Below, piece after piece: positions 1-10,358 of a DNA stretch of 54,123 nt (position 1 is the stretch's first letter; each line of letters starts with the position of its first letter). Below the pieces are notes generated by a model. That model was not told the DNA's origin. It made no database searches and saw only the letters and a list, made by a program, of their open reading frames with translations. The position numbers and the translations under genes are program-made. Origin of the DNA: a candidate division WOR-3 bacterium (lineage in GTDB: Bacteria; Hydrothermota; UBA3072; B12-G15). Location of the stretch: assembly GCA_965649055.1 (NCBI GenBank), contig CBFGJG010000001.1, positions 1-54,123 of the forward strand. Reading direction: 5' to 3'.

Positions 1-1
1 T

Positions 2-29
2 GAGGATTGCCCTCCCCCGGGCAATCCTC
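2..29. terminator. GC-rich inverted repeat, likely intrinsic terminator of a gene outside the window
   Basis: Perfect 11-bp stem GAGGATTGCCC (2-12) / GGGCAATCCTC (19-29) with a 6-nt loop, in AT-rich DNA. The U-tract is weak. Confidence 0.6.
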
Positions 30-144
30 TCTTCATTCATTACCCCTATCTTCACTATCTTAACTGTACCACCATGTGCATGATCTTTTCCAAAATTTAT
101 TATTTTTCCCTTTACAAATCAAGCATAATGATTTATTTTTATAT

Positions 145-738
145 ATGTTCAATAATCTGTATTTATATTTTATCTTTTCATTAAATAATTGTATATTAGA
201 AGAAGCTAAAACTTTATTACCTGATTCATTGTTCATAATAAACTATGCTTTTACAAAGGATAATGAATATTTATTCATAATATTAGGAAAAGAGAAATCA
301 GAATTCGGACAAAGAATAGGTTTGTTCAAGGTGAAAGAAAAAATAAAGCTGCTATGGATTGATAGGAATAGGAATTATAATCCATGGAAAATAATCCTTA
401 AAGATATAGATGGTGATTCGGTTGATGAATTATTACTTGGTGTCTATAAAAAAACAAAATTCTATCCTTTATTTGAAAGAAGAATCTTTGTCTATAAATT
501 CAAAAATGAGGAGATATTTCCATTATGGCTTGGTTCAAGACTTTCATCGCCACTTATTGACTTCGAAATTTTTGATATAGAAAATGACGGTAAATATGAG
601 ATTCTTTCACTCGAAAGAAAGAAAGATGGAAGTAAAAAAATTTCTATCTATAAATGGAATGGAAAATCATTAGAATTTTATATGTTATTTAAAGAAGATG
701 CTGAAACATTAATTAATCTAAAAAACAGGGAGGAATAA
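145..738 (+). CDS. Conserved hypothetical exported protein with DxDGD (FG-GAP-like) motifs, partner of the DUF3160 gene
   Basis: NPWKI..DIDGD..DELLLGVYK and PLWLGSRLS motifs. The start was moved from 76 to ATG 145, which lies 5 nt after TTTACA-N17-TATTTT. TAATG coupling to the next gene. Confidence 0.6.
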   Translation: MFNNLYLYFIFSLNNCILEEAKTLLPDSLFIINYAFTKDNEYLFIILGKEKSEFGQRIGLFKVKEKIKLLWIDRNRNYNPWKIILKDIDGDSVDELLLGVYKKTKFYPLFERRIFVYKFKNEEIFPLWLGSRLSSPLIDFEIFDIENDGKYEILSLERKKDGSKKISIYKWNGKSLEFYMLFKEDAETLINLKNREE

Positions 739-2999
739 TGAATAGATTTATTCTTATCTTTATCTTTTTAAATCTTTTAATTTTCCCGCAGAAACAATTA
801 ACACAGGAAGATTTGAAAAATAAAGACCTCCAGGAATTGTATCTTATGCGAAATGAAATATACGCAAGATACGGAAGACCCTTTAAGACACACGAACTTC
901 ATAAATACTTTATTTCGAAAAAATGGTACAGGGTTGATACAACATTCACAGAATCAAGACTAAATGATATAGAAAGGAAAAATGCTGAACTTATAAGGAA
1001 GATGGAACTGGAACTTATGAAAGAAAATTATATAAAAAAAGATAATAAGGATATGATAAATTTCAGGAATATTATAAACAGATGGCAATTTGGTGAATTC
1101 TCGAAGGATGAGATAAAGATGTTAAGCGAAAACGGTTTCATTGTTTATCCATCAGACTATGAACAATTTTTCTTTATCTATGATGATAATGCGTATAAAG
1201 GAATAGCAAGCTTTATAACCACAGATGTGATATTACAGCTCTATCATATCTTCTTTGATTTTACTTTAAGAAATGTTGAAAGGGATAAATTATTTCCTTT
1301 ATTGAAAAAACTAACGGAAGAAATGATTCTTGTCACAAAAAATTTATACAAAAATACAAAGAATGAGAGGATAAAAAAAGCAGCATTATTAAATCTTGCT
1401 TACTTCTCAGTTCCTTACTATTTCTTAACAGGTGATAAAAACTTCATTGAACCTTATGTAAAGGATATCGTTTTAAAAGAAATAGAAAGATGCGAATCAC
1501 ATTCGGGAAGGTTTATTTCTTCAATATTCAATCATATTTTTGATTACGCTCAATTCATTCCAAGAGGACATTACACAAGGGAAGAGGTGTTAAAGAGATT
1601 CTTCCTTGCTATGATGTGGTATGGAACAAATTCATTCAATACAGAAGATGAGATTCAACTCATTCAATCACTAATAATAACAAAACAACTTTATGAAGGA
1701 AGGATGATTGATATATGGAAGAAGATATATGAGATAACAGAATTCTTTTCCGGTTCATCTGATGACCTTTCACCTTTCGATTATATGGTTATCATTGAAA
1801 GGATGTGGAATAAAATACCTGATTATAATTCATTCTCTGATGATAAAATTTTAAAGAAGATAAAAGAAGATATAAAAATTTCTTCAAGAAAAAGAAAGAT
1901 TATAACATTTATGGAAGGTGAACCTTCAGGACCTGTATTCAGGTTTATGGGGCAGAGATACATACCGGATTCTGAGATATTACAGAGATTATCTAAATGG
2001 CCTGAAAGGCCTTTCCCAAAAGGGCTTGATGTTATGGCTGTTTTAGGTTCTGATGTTGCAAAAGATATACTTATGAATGAATATAAAGAACAGGAAAGAT
2101 GGAATGAGTATCCTTATAAACTTGATACACTGATAAATGAATTTAAAAAGATAAAAGAAGATGAATGGAGAAAGAATCTCTATTATAACTGGTTGTATTG
2201 TCTTAAATCTTTAATAAAATTAAGCAATGAATTCAGATATCCTTTCTTTATGAATAATGATGCCTGGAAATTAAAGAGTCTTAATACTTCACTTGCAAGC
2301 TGGACTGAATTAAGACATGATGTTGTTCTTTATGGGAAACAGTCCGTTGCAGAATGCGGTGATGGTGAAGAATGGATTCCGGAACCACCAAAGGGTTATG
2401 TTGAACCAAATGTTGAATTTTATAAAAGACTGAAAGAACTTATTGTTTCAACTAAAGAAGGATTATCAAAAAGGGAACTTTTGACAAAAAGGATAAGAGA
2501 GAAGTTTGATAGGTTTTATGAACTTGTTTCTTTCCTTGAAGATGTTTCAGTGAAAGAACTGAATAAGATTCCATTAACAAAAGAAGAATTTCAGAAAATC
2601 TTCGATATGGGTGGAACACTTGAGTATTTAACAACCACTGTTATAACAGATGATGAAGGTATATATAACTGGCACGAGATACAGAGTGATGCAGATAAAA
2701 GAATTCCTCTTATTGTTGATGTCCATACTTCACTGGACGAGGTGTTACAGGAAGCAGTTGGTAATGTGTTTGAGATTTATGTTGTTGTTGAGATAGACGG
2801 ATATCTTAAACTTGCAAGGGGTGGTGTCTTTTCGTATTATGAATTCACACATCCGGCATCTGACAGGTTGACAGATGAAAACTGGCAGAATATGATTGAT
2901 GAAGGTAAAACACCAAAGCTTCCACATTGGACTAATAGATTCATATCTTCAAAAAAACCACACAGATTATTTGAACCAAGATATATTGAAATGGAATAA
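738..2999 (+). CDS. YARHG-domain + DUF3160 family secreted protein
   Basis: Signal peptide; LMRNEIYARYGRPF (YARHG); DUF3160 motifs DYAQFIPRGHYT, FRFMGQRYIPDS, SWTELRHDVVLYGKQ, GYVEPN, GGVFSYYEF, RLTDENW. GGAGG RBS. Confidence 0.85.
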   Translation: MNRFILIFIFLNLLIFPQKQLTQEDLKNKDLQELYLMRNEIYARYGRPFKTHELHKYFISKKWYRVDTTFTESRLNDIERKNAELIRKMELELMKENYIKKDNKDMINFRNIINRWQFGEFSKDEIKMLSENGFIVYPSDYEQFFFIYDDNAYKGIASFITTDVILQLYHIFFDFTLRNVERDKLFPLLKKLTEEMILVTKNLYKNTKNERIKKAALLNLAYFSVPYYFLTGDKNFIEPYVKDIVLKEIERCESHSGRFISSIFNHIFDYAQFIPRGHYTREEVLKRFFLAMMWYGTNSFNTEDEIQLIQSLIITKQLYEGRMIDIWKKIYEITEFFSGSSDDLSPFDYMVIIERMWNKIPDYNSFSDDKILKKIKEDIKISSRKRKIITFMEGEPSGPVFRFMGQRYIPDSEILQRLSKWPERPFPKGLDVMAVLGSDVAKDILMNEYKEQERWNEYPYKLDTLINEFKKIKEDEWRKNLYYNWLYCLKSLIKLSNEFRYPFFMNNDAWKLKSLNTSLASWTELRHDVVLYGKQSVAECGDGEEWIPEPPKGYVEPNVEFYKRLKELIVSTKEGLSKRELLTKRIREKFDRFYELVSFLEDVSVKELNKIPLTKEEFQKIFDMGGTLEYLTTTVITDDEGIYNWHEIQSDADKRIPLIVDVHTSLDEVLQEAVGNVFEIYVVVEIDGYLKLARGGVFSYYEFTHPASDRLTDENWQNMIDEGKTPKLPHWTNRFISSKKPHRLFEPRYIEME

Positions 3000-3000
3000 A

Positions 3001-4137
3001 ATGAAAGACGAAATAATTTTTGTTGCATCCGACATTCCAAATATATTTAATAAATTTCTAAGGGATTACACAATCAAAAATGGGAAAAGTATAGAAAAAT
3101 CTTTATTATTAAGAGATGGAACTTTCCCGAAAATAAGATATGAGATATGTGCACTTTCAAATTCCTATTTTAAAACAATCCTTGAAGATGAACCTACGAT
3201 AGAAATACTTAAGAAGAATCTATTAAATCCAAAAGGAATGGATTGGATATTTGAACCTGATATATTTGATAAAGAACTTGGTTTTAGAGAAAAGGTTTTA
3301 AAGAAGGAAATTTATGATTTCTTTAAAGACCATATAAAATATATTGATGAAAATTATTCTGAAGATGGGAATAAATGGAAAGAAAAGATAGCAGGACTTC
3401 ATATACATGAAAAGGCTAAAAAATTTAAAAATGAACTGGATCTTATCTCCTCTATTAAAGTATTAAAAATAGACAAGGTAGTTGTCTTCCCATGTTTTTT
3501 CTATATTAATAGTTTGCTTGAAAGATGTTTTATAGAAAGGGCACATTTGCAGGGTTTGAGAAATTTTCTAAAGCAACAGTATTTATATAATGACGCTTTA
3601 ATAATATCTCCAGCATCTTACTTTAAAAAATCCATTTTAATACCTTTAGCGGAAGATGGAAATGCTCTGGGAAACGAAATGATTTTAAACCATTCTATAG
3701 CACACGAAATTGCACATTCCCTAACAGACAGAATAAAATTATCCTTCCCCTTATTTGATTCGGGTGAAGAGATTTTTAATTATTACGAACACCAGATTAT
3801 TACAGATATAATATCAGTAAAATTAATGAATAGTATAGAAAAAATACCTGAAGATGTTATAAAATATTTTGATGAAATTGATTTTGTAAAAATGATTGAT
3901 TATATGAAATATATTATAAGATTAAATAAAAAATTTTTAGAAATTAAAGATAGAAAAGAAAAGAAATTGCTGAAGGAGGAAATTATAAATGTTTCATTGG
4001 AATTTTTCAAAATTATAAGGTTTAAAAAGACAACTATATTTCTATATAACTTCTTTAAAGATTACATAAAGGATGTTTATTATGCAAGATGGTATAAAGA
4101 AATAATTAAAAATGAATTACCAAAAAGGAGATTTTGA
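3001..4137 (+). CDS. Hypothetical protein with HEXXH motif (putative zinc metallopeptidase)
   Basis: IAHEIAHSL motif with a downstream EHQ. Start at ATG 3001, directly after the upstream stop, rather than at 2896. Confidence 0.5.
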   Translation: MKDEIIFVASDIPNIFNKFLRDYTIKNGKSIEKSLLLRDGTFPKIRYEICALSNSYFKTILEDEPTIEILKKNLLNPKGMDWIFEPDIFDKELGFREKVLKKEIYDFFKDHIKYIDENYSEDGNKWKEKIAGLHIHEKAKKFKNELDLISSIKVLKIDKVVVFPCFFYINSLLERCFIERAHLQGLRNFLKQQYLYNDALIISPASYFKKSILIPLAEDGNALGNEMILNHSIAHEIAHSLTDRIKLSFPLFDSGEEIFNYYEHQIITDIISVKLMNSIEKIPEDVIKYFDEIDFVKMIDYMKYIIRLNKKFLEIKDRKEKKLLKEEIINVSLEFFKIIRFKKTTIFLYNFFKDYIKDVYYARWYKEIIKNELPKRRF

Positions 4138-4574
4138 TGGGATATAAAAAAATTAAGATGAACAAAACCAAAAAGATTGCACTCGTAGCACATGATAACA
4201 GGAAGAAGGAATTACTTGAATGGGCTAAATTTAATAAGGAGACATTGAAAAATCATATTTTATTTGCAACAGGGACAACCGGGAGATTGATAAAAGAAGA
4301 AACCGGGCTTGATGTAAAATTGTTCAAAAGTGGTCCACTTGGGGGTGACCAGCAGATTGGTGCAAAGATAGCAGAAGGCGAGATTGATTTTTTGATATTT
4401 TTGTGGGACCCTATGTCACCACTTCCACATGATGTTGATGTTAAGGCTCTTTTGAGATTATCTGTTTTATGGAATATACCCGTTGCGTGTAATCGCTCAA
4501 CAGCAGATTTTTTAATATCTTCCCCATTAATGAAAGAAGAATATGAAAGGATTATACCCGACTTTGAAAGATAG
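4137..4574 (+). CDS. mgsA: Methylglyoxal synthase
   Basis: [47 protein letters not shown]. Confidence 0.97.
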   Translation: MGYKKIKMNKTKKIALVAHDNRKKELLEWAKFNKETLKNHILFATGTTGRLIKEETGLDVKLFKSGPLGGDQQIGAKIAEGEIDFLIFLWDPMSPLPHDVDVKALLRLSVLWNIPVACNRSTADFLISSPLMKEEYERIIPDFER

Positions 4575-4575
4575 A

Positions 4576-4989
4576 CTATCGGTGATACGGATGGTTATTC
4601 AGGATTGAAAATGCCCTGAAAATCTGTTCATAAAGCAAAACCCTTGCCAAATCATGTGGAAATGTCAACCTTGATAATGATAATATAAAATCTGCCTTCT
4701 TCTTCTCTTCATCATTAAAACCATCTTCATCTGCAATAAAAAATCTTATCGTTGAATACTTAACAAGTGATTTTTCAATGAATTTTGTAAATTCCATTGT
4801 ATCAAATTCCTTACCATTCTCATCAAGAAGAACTGTGTATCCTTTTTCAAGCAAGACTTTACTCAGCAACTCCCTTGATATCTCCCTCTCCTTTATATTC
4901 ACCCATTTTAAAGACATCTTTCTATAATGTTCTGCCATCTTCTTAACTTCCATATATTTTATCTTACCGACAGCAATAATCTCAATCAT
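4576..4989 (-). CDS. rlmH: 23S rRNA (pseudouridine1915-N3)-methyltransferase
   Basis: IIAVGK start, LDENGK, LSLSRLTFPHDLARVLLYEQIFRA, HPYH C-terminus. Confidence 0.93.
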   Translation of the reverse strand: MIEIIAVGKIKYMEVKKMAEHYRKMSLKWVNIKEREISRELLSKVLLEKGYTVLLDENGKEFDTMEFTKFIEKSLVKYSTIRFFIADEDGFNDEEKKKADFILSLSRLTFPHDLARVLLYEQIFRAFSILNNHPYHR

Positions 4990-5687
4990 TTCACCTCACT
5001 TTTCCATTCTTGGTGCCTGACACAAAATGTGGAAAAGTAGACTTTAAAGGTTTTTTCAAATGCCTTCTTCACTATTTCTTTGAATTCTTCAAGTTCTACT
5101 TTCCTTCCTGCTGCCTCTTTTATTGTTATCATACCCTGGCTCTTAGGAAAAGGCTCTTCCGGTTCATCAAGCATACAGGTTCCCTGTTGAAGACATACAT
5201 CCCTTCTCCTTGCCTGTGCAGAACCTATAAGTTTTTTTCCCTTGTAAGATAATTCATATATTGATATATCATCAAAACATAAATCACTTGTTGTGCTTCC
5301 TCTGCTTTCAGCCCTTTCTACCTTAATCCCGAGCATTTCAAATGCCTTCTTAAATCCTTCCGAGATTTTTTTATAAGATTCAAGTATTGTCCCACCAATC
5401 AATGGATTATCCCTTTTAAAACATATTGAATATGTGAAATCATTTGAATGTATCACTGCACGACCACCTGTTGGTCTTTTAACATAAGGATAACCTTTCT
5501 CATTCAGTTTTAAAACCCACTCAGGAATCTCCTGATTATGCCCAAGGGTTATTGAAGGTGGAGAAAAATTAAAGAATCTTAAAATTGTAATATCTTTATC
5601 CTTTATATAATCCATCAATTCTTCATCAAAATTCATATTGTAAACCGGGTCTTTAAATCCGGTATCTACAAAGAACCATTTGTTCAT
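4986..5687 (-). CDS. Lipoate-protein ligase family protein (LipM-like octanoyltransferase)
   Basis: NMNFDE, SITLG.NQ, KRPTGGRAVIH, KKLIGSAQ. No C-terminal LplA domain. Confidence 0.85.
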   Translation of the reverse strand: MNKWFFVDTGFKDPVYNMNFDEELMDYIKDKDITILRFFNFSPPSITLGHNQEIPEWVLKLNEKGYPYVKRPTGGRAVIHSNDFTYSICFKRDNPLIGGTILESYKKISEGFKKAFEMLGIKVERAESRGSTTSDLCFDDISIYELSYKGKKLIGSAQARRRDVCLQQGTCMLDEPEEPFPKSQGMITIKEAAGRKVELEEFKEIVKKAFEKTFKVYFSTFCVRHQEWKSEVK

Positions 5688-6322
5688 TAGAATATGAATC
5701 TAAAGAGGCGAAGTATAGAATCCCAAAGGAATGTTAATCTACCTATAAGAAGAGAAAGACGTGCCATAACTGTATATCCAAATGATGCACCCATTGCTAT
5801 CATTATAAAAACAATTCCTATGTTAGCACCAGCCCCAAGGAATCCTTTATGTTCCCTTGAAAAGAAGAAGTATAATAATGTTGTCAAAACACCAAATATT
5901 ATGATTATATTATTTATAGATTCCCATAAATTTCCTGTCCATAAAGATAATAAAGTAGCCTTGACCTGTGGAATGATGAAACCGTGAACACCACCTGTCA
6001 AGACTAAACCTGAACCAATACCCACTGTGAATGCAATTGACCATCTGCTTATCCAGGAAATCTTAGGAAACCATCTTGTTAACATAAGGACACCAAAGAA
6101 TAATGGAATAATAAGCCATACTGCACCTGGTTGCCTTGCAGCAATTGGTTGGATAACCATCTGTTTCACTTCAAAATGCCATATATATATAAGCCAGTAT
6201 GCAGCTGAATATCCCACATACAAATGTTCTGCAAATTTGTAAACAGGATTATCACCATATAAAAATGAAAGTATTGCTATTGTTAAACCACAAGCTATCC
6301 AGATTCCAATTACTTCCATCAT
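5687..6322 (-). CDS. Uncharacterised polytopic membrane protein, cassette subunit D (copy 2)
   Basis: Multiple TM helices; DNPVYKFAEHL, FFFSREHKG, MIAMGASFGYTVMARLSLLIGR. Paralog of 8869-9507. Confidence 0.8.
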   Translation of the reverse strand: MMEVIGIWIACGLTIAILSFLYGDNPVYKFAEHLYVGYSAAYWLIYIWHFEVKQMVIQPIAARQPGAVWLIIPLFFGVLMLTRWFPKISWISRWSIAFTVGIGSGLVLTGGVHGFIIPQVKATLLSLWTGNLWESINNIIIIFGVLTTLLYFFFSREHKGFLGAGANIGIVFIMIAMGASFGYTVMARLSLLIGRLTFLWDSILRLFRFIF

Positions 6323-7140
6323 TTTTTCCCCTTCCTTCTTAAAACAAAGAATGATATATTCCCAATCAATATGAATAATATTATCATAAGATGTGCATAT
6401 GTCTGTGATGCCATACCAACAAGACCTGAACCAGGGAATTCTATAAGTGTTTCATATTCAGCCGCACCTTTAAGACCACCAATAAGACCAACTATCTGAC
6501 CTGCCTGGAGATATGGATACTGCTCTGCTGCCATAACTGCTGTAACACCAAGTATTATCTTCTGTTTAAACCTGGTTCCAACATACTGAATCCAGTAATC
6601 ACCCATAACACCAGCTTCAAGACCTACCAAAACACCGATGTTATCATAATTCTTTATCTCATTCATAATAGGAAGTGAATCAAGTGGTTTACCGCCTAAA
6701 TCTGTAAAGAAAACCTTCTTTATATCTATACCCATCCTTAACATCACCGCTACATCACCGGGTCTATAACCTAAATTCACATAATCAACACCGTAAACTT
6801 TATTGAATTCTCTCGCAACCTCTTCAAGCCCCTGTGCACCAATCGGAACACCGAGTGGCCAGAAGTTTATAAGGACAACCTTCAAACCTTTCTTGAAGCA
6901 ATGCCTTAATATTGCTTTAAGCATTGGTTGCAATTCAGGCATAGATGCTGCATCATAATCTATGGATATCATTACAGCAGAACCTTTTGGTAGTTCATCT
7001 ATCGCCCTGTAAGCGCTCTTTACCTCTTCAGAAATTTTAACTGTTACTTTCAGATTAAATATAATAGGAATCAGAACAACAATACCAATAAGTAAAAATA
7101 TGTATCTTCTATCTATCTTTGTTAGTTTTTCCCATATCAT
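6319..7140 (-). CDS. Uncharacterised membrane-anchored alpha/beta-domain protein, subunit C (copy 2)
   Basis: IDRRYIF, MPEL.PM, GGLKGAAEYE, N- and C-terminal TM helices. Paralog of 9507-10358. Confidence 0.8.
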   Translation of the reverse strand: MIWEKLTKIDRRYIFLLIGIVVLIPIIFNLKVTVKISEEVKSAYRAIDELPKGSAVMISIDYDAASMPELQPMLKAILRHCFKKGLKVVLINFWPLGVPIGAQGLEEVAREFNKVYGVDYVNLGYRPGDVAVMLRMGIDIKKVFFTDLGGKPLDSLPIMNEIKNYDNIGVLVGLEAGVMGDYWIQYVGTRFKQKIILGVTAVMAAEQYPYLQAGQIVGLIGGLKGAAEYETLIEFPGSGLVGMASQTYAHLMIILFILIGNISFFVLRRKGKK

Positions 7141-7769
7141 GATAGATAAGTCCTTTCAATACCAAGTATCAACCTCAATGACATTGATATTGCTCCAAGT
7201 GCTATTCCAATCCTTATACCCCTTGCAGGCCCAAGTTGAAGGACATTTAAAATCCAGTCTGTTAAAGGTGTTATACCGGGAATACTTGAACCATACGGGA
7301 TTCTTCCAAGCATCACTATAACCGCTGTGATTAAAAGTAATGTTGCTATAAAATTCCTTGCCCTGAATGCCCTGTATGAAGCTGAAGCAACAAAGAAAGC
7401 AAGCAATGCAAACATCGTTGATTGTAAAGGAACAAGTATGTAATCGTAAAGATACCTGAAACTCGTTCCTTCTTTGAATGCATCACCAAATTTAACTTCT
7501 GATATTATCCCTGTAATTAGACAGGCAAAAAAACCAACATAGAAAACAAAACTGAACCAGAAACCTTTTTCCCTTCTCGCTATTTTTCTGTAATGGAACC
7601 TTAAAAGAGAATCAACACCAATGAGCATTGAGAAACCAAGTATAATTGAATACCATATTAAGGAATCATCCTGTAATTTACCAAAAGGTGGATGTGGAAT
7701 AAAGAAAGTTATAACGATAATTACACCTGTTACGAATGTTATTAAAAGCGGCAATCTTCGCTGTAACAT
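7137..7769 (-). CDS. Uncharacterised polytopic membrane protein, subunit B (copy 2)
   Basis: STMFALLAFFVASASYRAFRARN, RGIRIG, ILGIERTYL. Start at 7769 by TAATG coupling. Paralog of 10358-10975. Confidence 0.8.
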   Translation of the reverse strand: MLQRRLPLLITFVTGVIIVITFFIPHPPFGKLQDDSLIWYSIILGFSMLIGVDSLLRFHYRKIARREKGFWFSFVFYVGFFACLITGIISEVKFGDAFKEGTSFRYLYDYILVPLQSTMFALLAFFVASASYRAFRARNFIATLLLITAVIVMLGRIPYGSSIPGITPLTDWILNVLQLGPARGIRIGIALGAISMSLRLILGIERTYLS

Positions 7770-8872
7770 TATAACCACCCCATAAATGTTTCAAATATAT
7801 TCACAAATGCTGAATTACCAGTTAAGTTCATTATATTTGCAATGGTTGCAAATATTACCCCAAGACCAATAAATATCATAATAAACATTTTTCCATAATC
7901 AGAGCCTTTCACAGAACCCAGCATAACAGGTTCCCTTCCTATATATGAAGATGCTGCAAGTGTCTCTTCACCTATAAGGACATAATCACAAGCTGCAATA
8001 AAGAATGGAAGTTGTGTAGCAGCAGTTGTTCCTGCAATCTGAATAGCACCGACTGAATGACCTGTTTCTGCAAGTATAAGTGATTCTGCATAGAAGTATC
8101 CCTGTAAGAACACTGCACCAGGATTTTCCCTGATCATAAGGCCATCAACACCTGCAGTGTATCCAAATTGTTCGTATGTTAGATAAACTATATTCTTCTC
8201 GTTGAAATTATCAATCTTACCAACCTCTGCATATGCCTGCTTAACTGTTTCAGAAGATGCTGCCATAACTATCGGATCGTAGTTTGTAACTATGATAGGG
8301 GTATCGTATTCTGCTACCTTTGAAGACACCCTTCTTAAAATTGTTAATGCTGCAAGTGTCCCTGCATCTGTTATACCTGAAAGACCGTGTATAAAGAAAG
8401 TTGGTTTACCCATCTCTGTTGACCTTCCAACTGCTTCATCTATAGCATCAAGTGCCGGGATCTTTCTTATAAAAAGCCCCTCCGGATTCTTTCGGGCAAG
8501 CTGTATAAACCATATAACAAGACCTGAAAATATTATAAGAAATATAAGGACAGATGTCCTTGTTGTATCATACCATTGAGCCTTTGCTGAAACAGGTCCT
8601 GTATACAATACCAATGTTGTATCTTCAAACTGGAGCTCCACCTTGTAAAGATATTCCTTTGAATTTTTAACACCATCGTCTACATATTTATAGAGTGTCC
8701 TTGAAAGAATACCGATAAATTCAAATGTTGTATCTTCAGGTGAATTTCTGTAAACCAGACCGTTTTTGAGTTCTTTGTCAATCCCAAAGACTTCAATCGT
8801 AATACTACCACCACCATCATTCGGTGTATCATAGGATTTTATACTTAAAGAAAGTATTAAAAAAATCATCAT
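7769..8872 (-). CDS. FN3-like + DUF6754-like membrane protein, subunit A (copy 2)
   Basis: DTPNDGGG, EAVGRSTEMGKP, FYAESLILAETG, QLPFFIAACDY..IGEE. Start at 8872 by ATGA overlap. Confidence 0.8.
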   Translation of the reverse strand: MMIFLILSLSIKSYDTPNDGGGSITIEVFGIDKELKNGLVYRNSPEDTTFEFIGILSRTLYKYVDDGVKNSKEYLYKVELQFEDTTLVLYTGPVSAKAQWYDTTRTSVLIFLIIFSGLVIWFIQLARKNPEGLFIRKIPALDAIDEAVGRSTEMGKPTFFIHGLSGITDAGTLAALTILRRVSSKVAEYDTPIIVTNYDPIVMAASSETVKQAYAEVGKIDNFNEKNIVYLTYEQFGYTAGVDGLMIRENPGAVFLQGYFYAESLILAETGHSVGAIQIAGTTAATQLPFFIAACDYVLIGEETLAASSYIGREPVMLGSVKGSDYGKMFIMIFIGLGVIFATIANIMNLTGNSAFVNIFETFMGWL

Positions 8873-9507
8873 TTTATTATCCCGAGCCAATCATGCAGTA
8901 AGAACTGCATCCTACCAATCAATAAAGATACACGGGCCATAACCGTATACCCGAACGAAGCACCAAATGCAATCATAATATAAATAATTCCAACCCTTGC
9001 TGACTTTCCAAGTGCACCCTTATGTTCCCTCGAAAAATAGAAGAAGATAAGCGTAGTAAGGACACCAATAAATAGAACAAGAGAACTGAACCCTATAAGA
9101 AGAGAAGCAAAATTGCTCCTTGTGAGAATAGTCCCTTTAACCTGTTCAAATATATAGTATTCAAAACTTAGTGGAACACCTAATCCAGCACCTGTTCCAA
9201 TGTATATAGAAATTGGTATCCTTATAAGGAAAGAATGCCTCTTTGAGAAAATAAAAAACATTAAAAGACCTATTAAAATAGGAATTATAAGGAAAAACCT
9301 GTAAGGACTTGTCCCATCAACTATTGGTTTCCATATTTTACCTATGACAGAATTATACCATAATATTGTTGTTGTATAACCAACACCAATACCCATAAAC
9401 AGATGTTCTGCAAACTTATAGAATGGATTATCTTTATAAAGAAATGAATATATGAATAATGTCAAGATAGCTGCTATCCAGACCCAGATATCATTTGATA
9501 TATGCAT
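8869..9507 (-). CDS. Uncharacterised polytopic membrane protein, subunit D (copy 1)
   Basis: DNPFYKFAEHL, FFYFSREHKG, MIAFGASFGYTVMARVSLLIGR. Confidence 0.8.
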   Translation of the reverse strand: MHISNDIWVWIAAILTLFIYSFLYKDNPFYKFAEHLFMGIGVGYTTTILWYNSVIGKIWKPIVDGTSPYRFFLIIPILIGLLMFFIFSKRHSFLIRIPISIYIGTGAGLGVPLSFEYYIFEQVKGTILTRSNFASLLIGFSSLVLFIGVLTTLIFFYFSREHKGALGKSARVGIIYIMIAFGASFGYTVMARVSLLIGRMQFLLHDWLGIIK

Positions 9508-10358
9508 TATTTCACCTTCTTTCTCCTTACAACAAAGTAAGAAAGATTACCAAGTATAACTATCAGTATTATGTATATGTGAACGAAAGATTGTGCATCC
9601 ATTCCTATTGTTGCCTCCATCCTGCCCGTAGTTATACCATTATCTTTAAGAAGCTTCTCATATTCTGCAGCACCTTTAAGACCGCCAAGCATTCCTACAA
9701 GTTGACCTGTCTGTAACAATGGATAGTATTGTGCCGCAGATACTGCAGTTGTTCCAGAACCAATACGGGCACCATACCTCTGGTATGCATATGCAATCCA
9801 GGATTCAGTAAGAGCGGAACCTGCAAGGTCAATAACAACACCAATATTTTTGTAGTTATCAACCATTTTATTCAAAGGTAGAGTATCAAGTTTATTACCA
9901 TAGTAATCGTATTCAAATGTCTTATTTATCGATTCACCTATTTTTAAAATCACAAGTGAAACACCCGGGACATATCCCAAAAATATATAATCTTTTCCAT
10001 AAATAACATCCGGAAAATCAGGTAAAACTATTTCAAGTGCACGGACAGCCATACCGACATATGCAGCATAAAGACCACCGTGTAAGTATACTGGTATTTT
10101 CTTTGCAAAACAATGCCTTAATATTGCTGTAGCCATGGGTAAAAGTTCCGGCATAGTTGATGGGTCAAAATCAGTAACAAGATAAACTGCTTTTCCAGTT
10201 CCTTGAAGATTATCTACGTAATCATAAAGATTCTTAACAGGTGGAGTAATAGTTGTAGGCATTCCAACAGGAAAAAGCAGAGGAACAATTACAACAATCG
10301 CAACAGTAAGGTATATCCATCTTCTATCGATTTTAAGTAGCCACTCAAAGAATTTCAT
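9507..10358 (-). CDS. Uncharacterised membrane-anchored protein, subunit C (copy 1)
   Basis: IDRRWIY, MPELLPM, GTTAVSA, GMLGGLKGAAEYE, GMDAQS then a TM helix. Confidence 0.8.
   Translation of the reverse strand: MKFFEWLLKIDRRWIYLTVAIVVIVPLLFPVGMPTTITPPVKNLYDYVDNLQGTGKAVYLVTDFDPSTMPELLPMATAILRHCFAKKIPVYLHGGLYAAYVGMAVRALEIVLPDFPDVIYGKDYIFLGYVPGVSLVILKIGESINKTFEYDYYGNKLDTLPLNKMVDNYKNIGVVIDLAGSALTESWIAYAYQRYGARIGSGTTAVSAAQYYPLLQTGQLVGMLGGLKGAAEYEKLLKDNGITTGRMEATIGMDAQSFVHIYIILIVILGNLSYFVVRRKKVK

Noticed and set aside
2896..3000. Long overlap of ORF 2896-4137 with the DUF3160 gene
   Set aside because: An in-frame ATG at 3001 directly follows the upstream stop.
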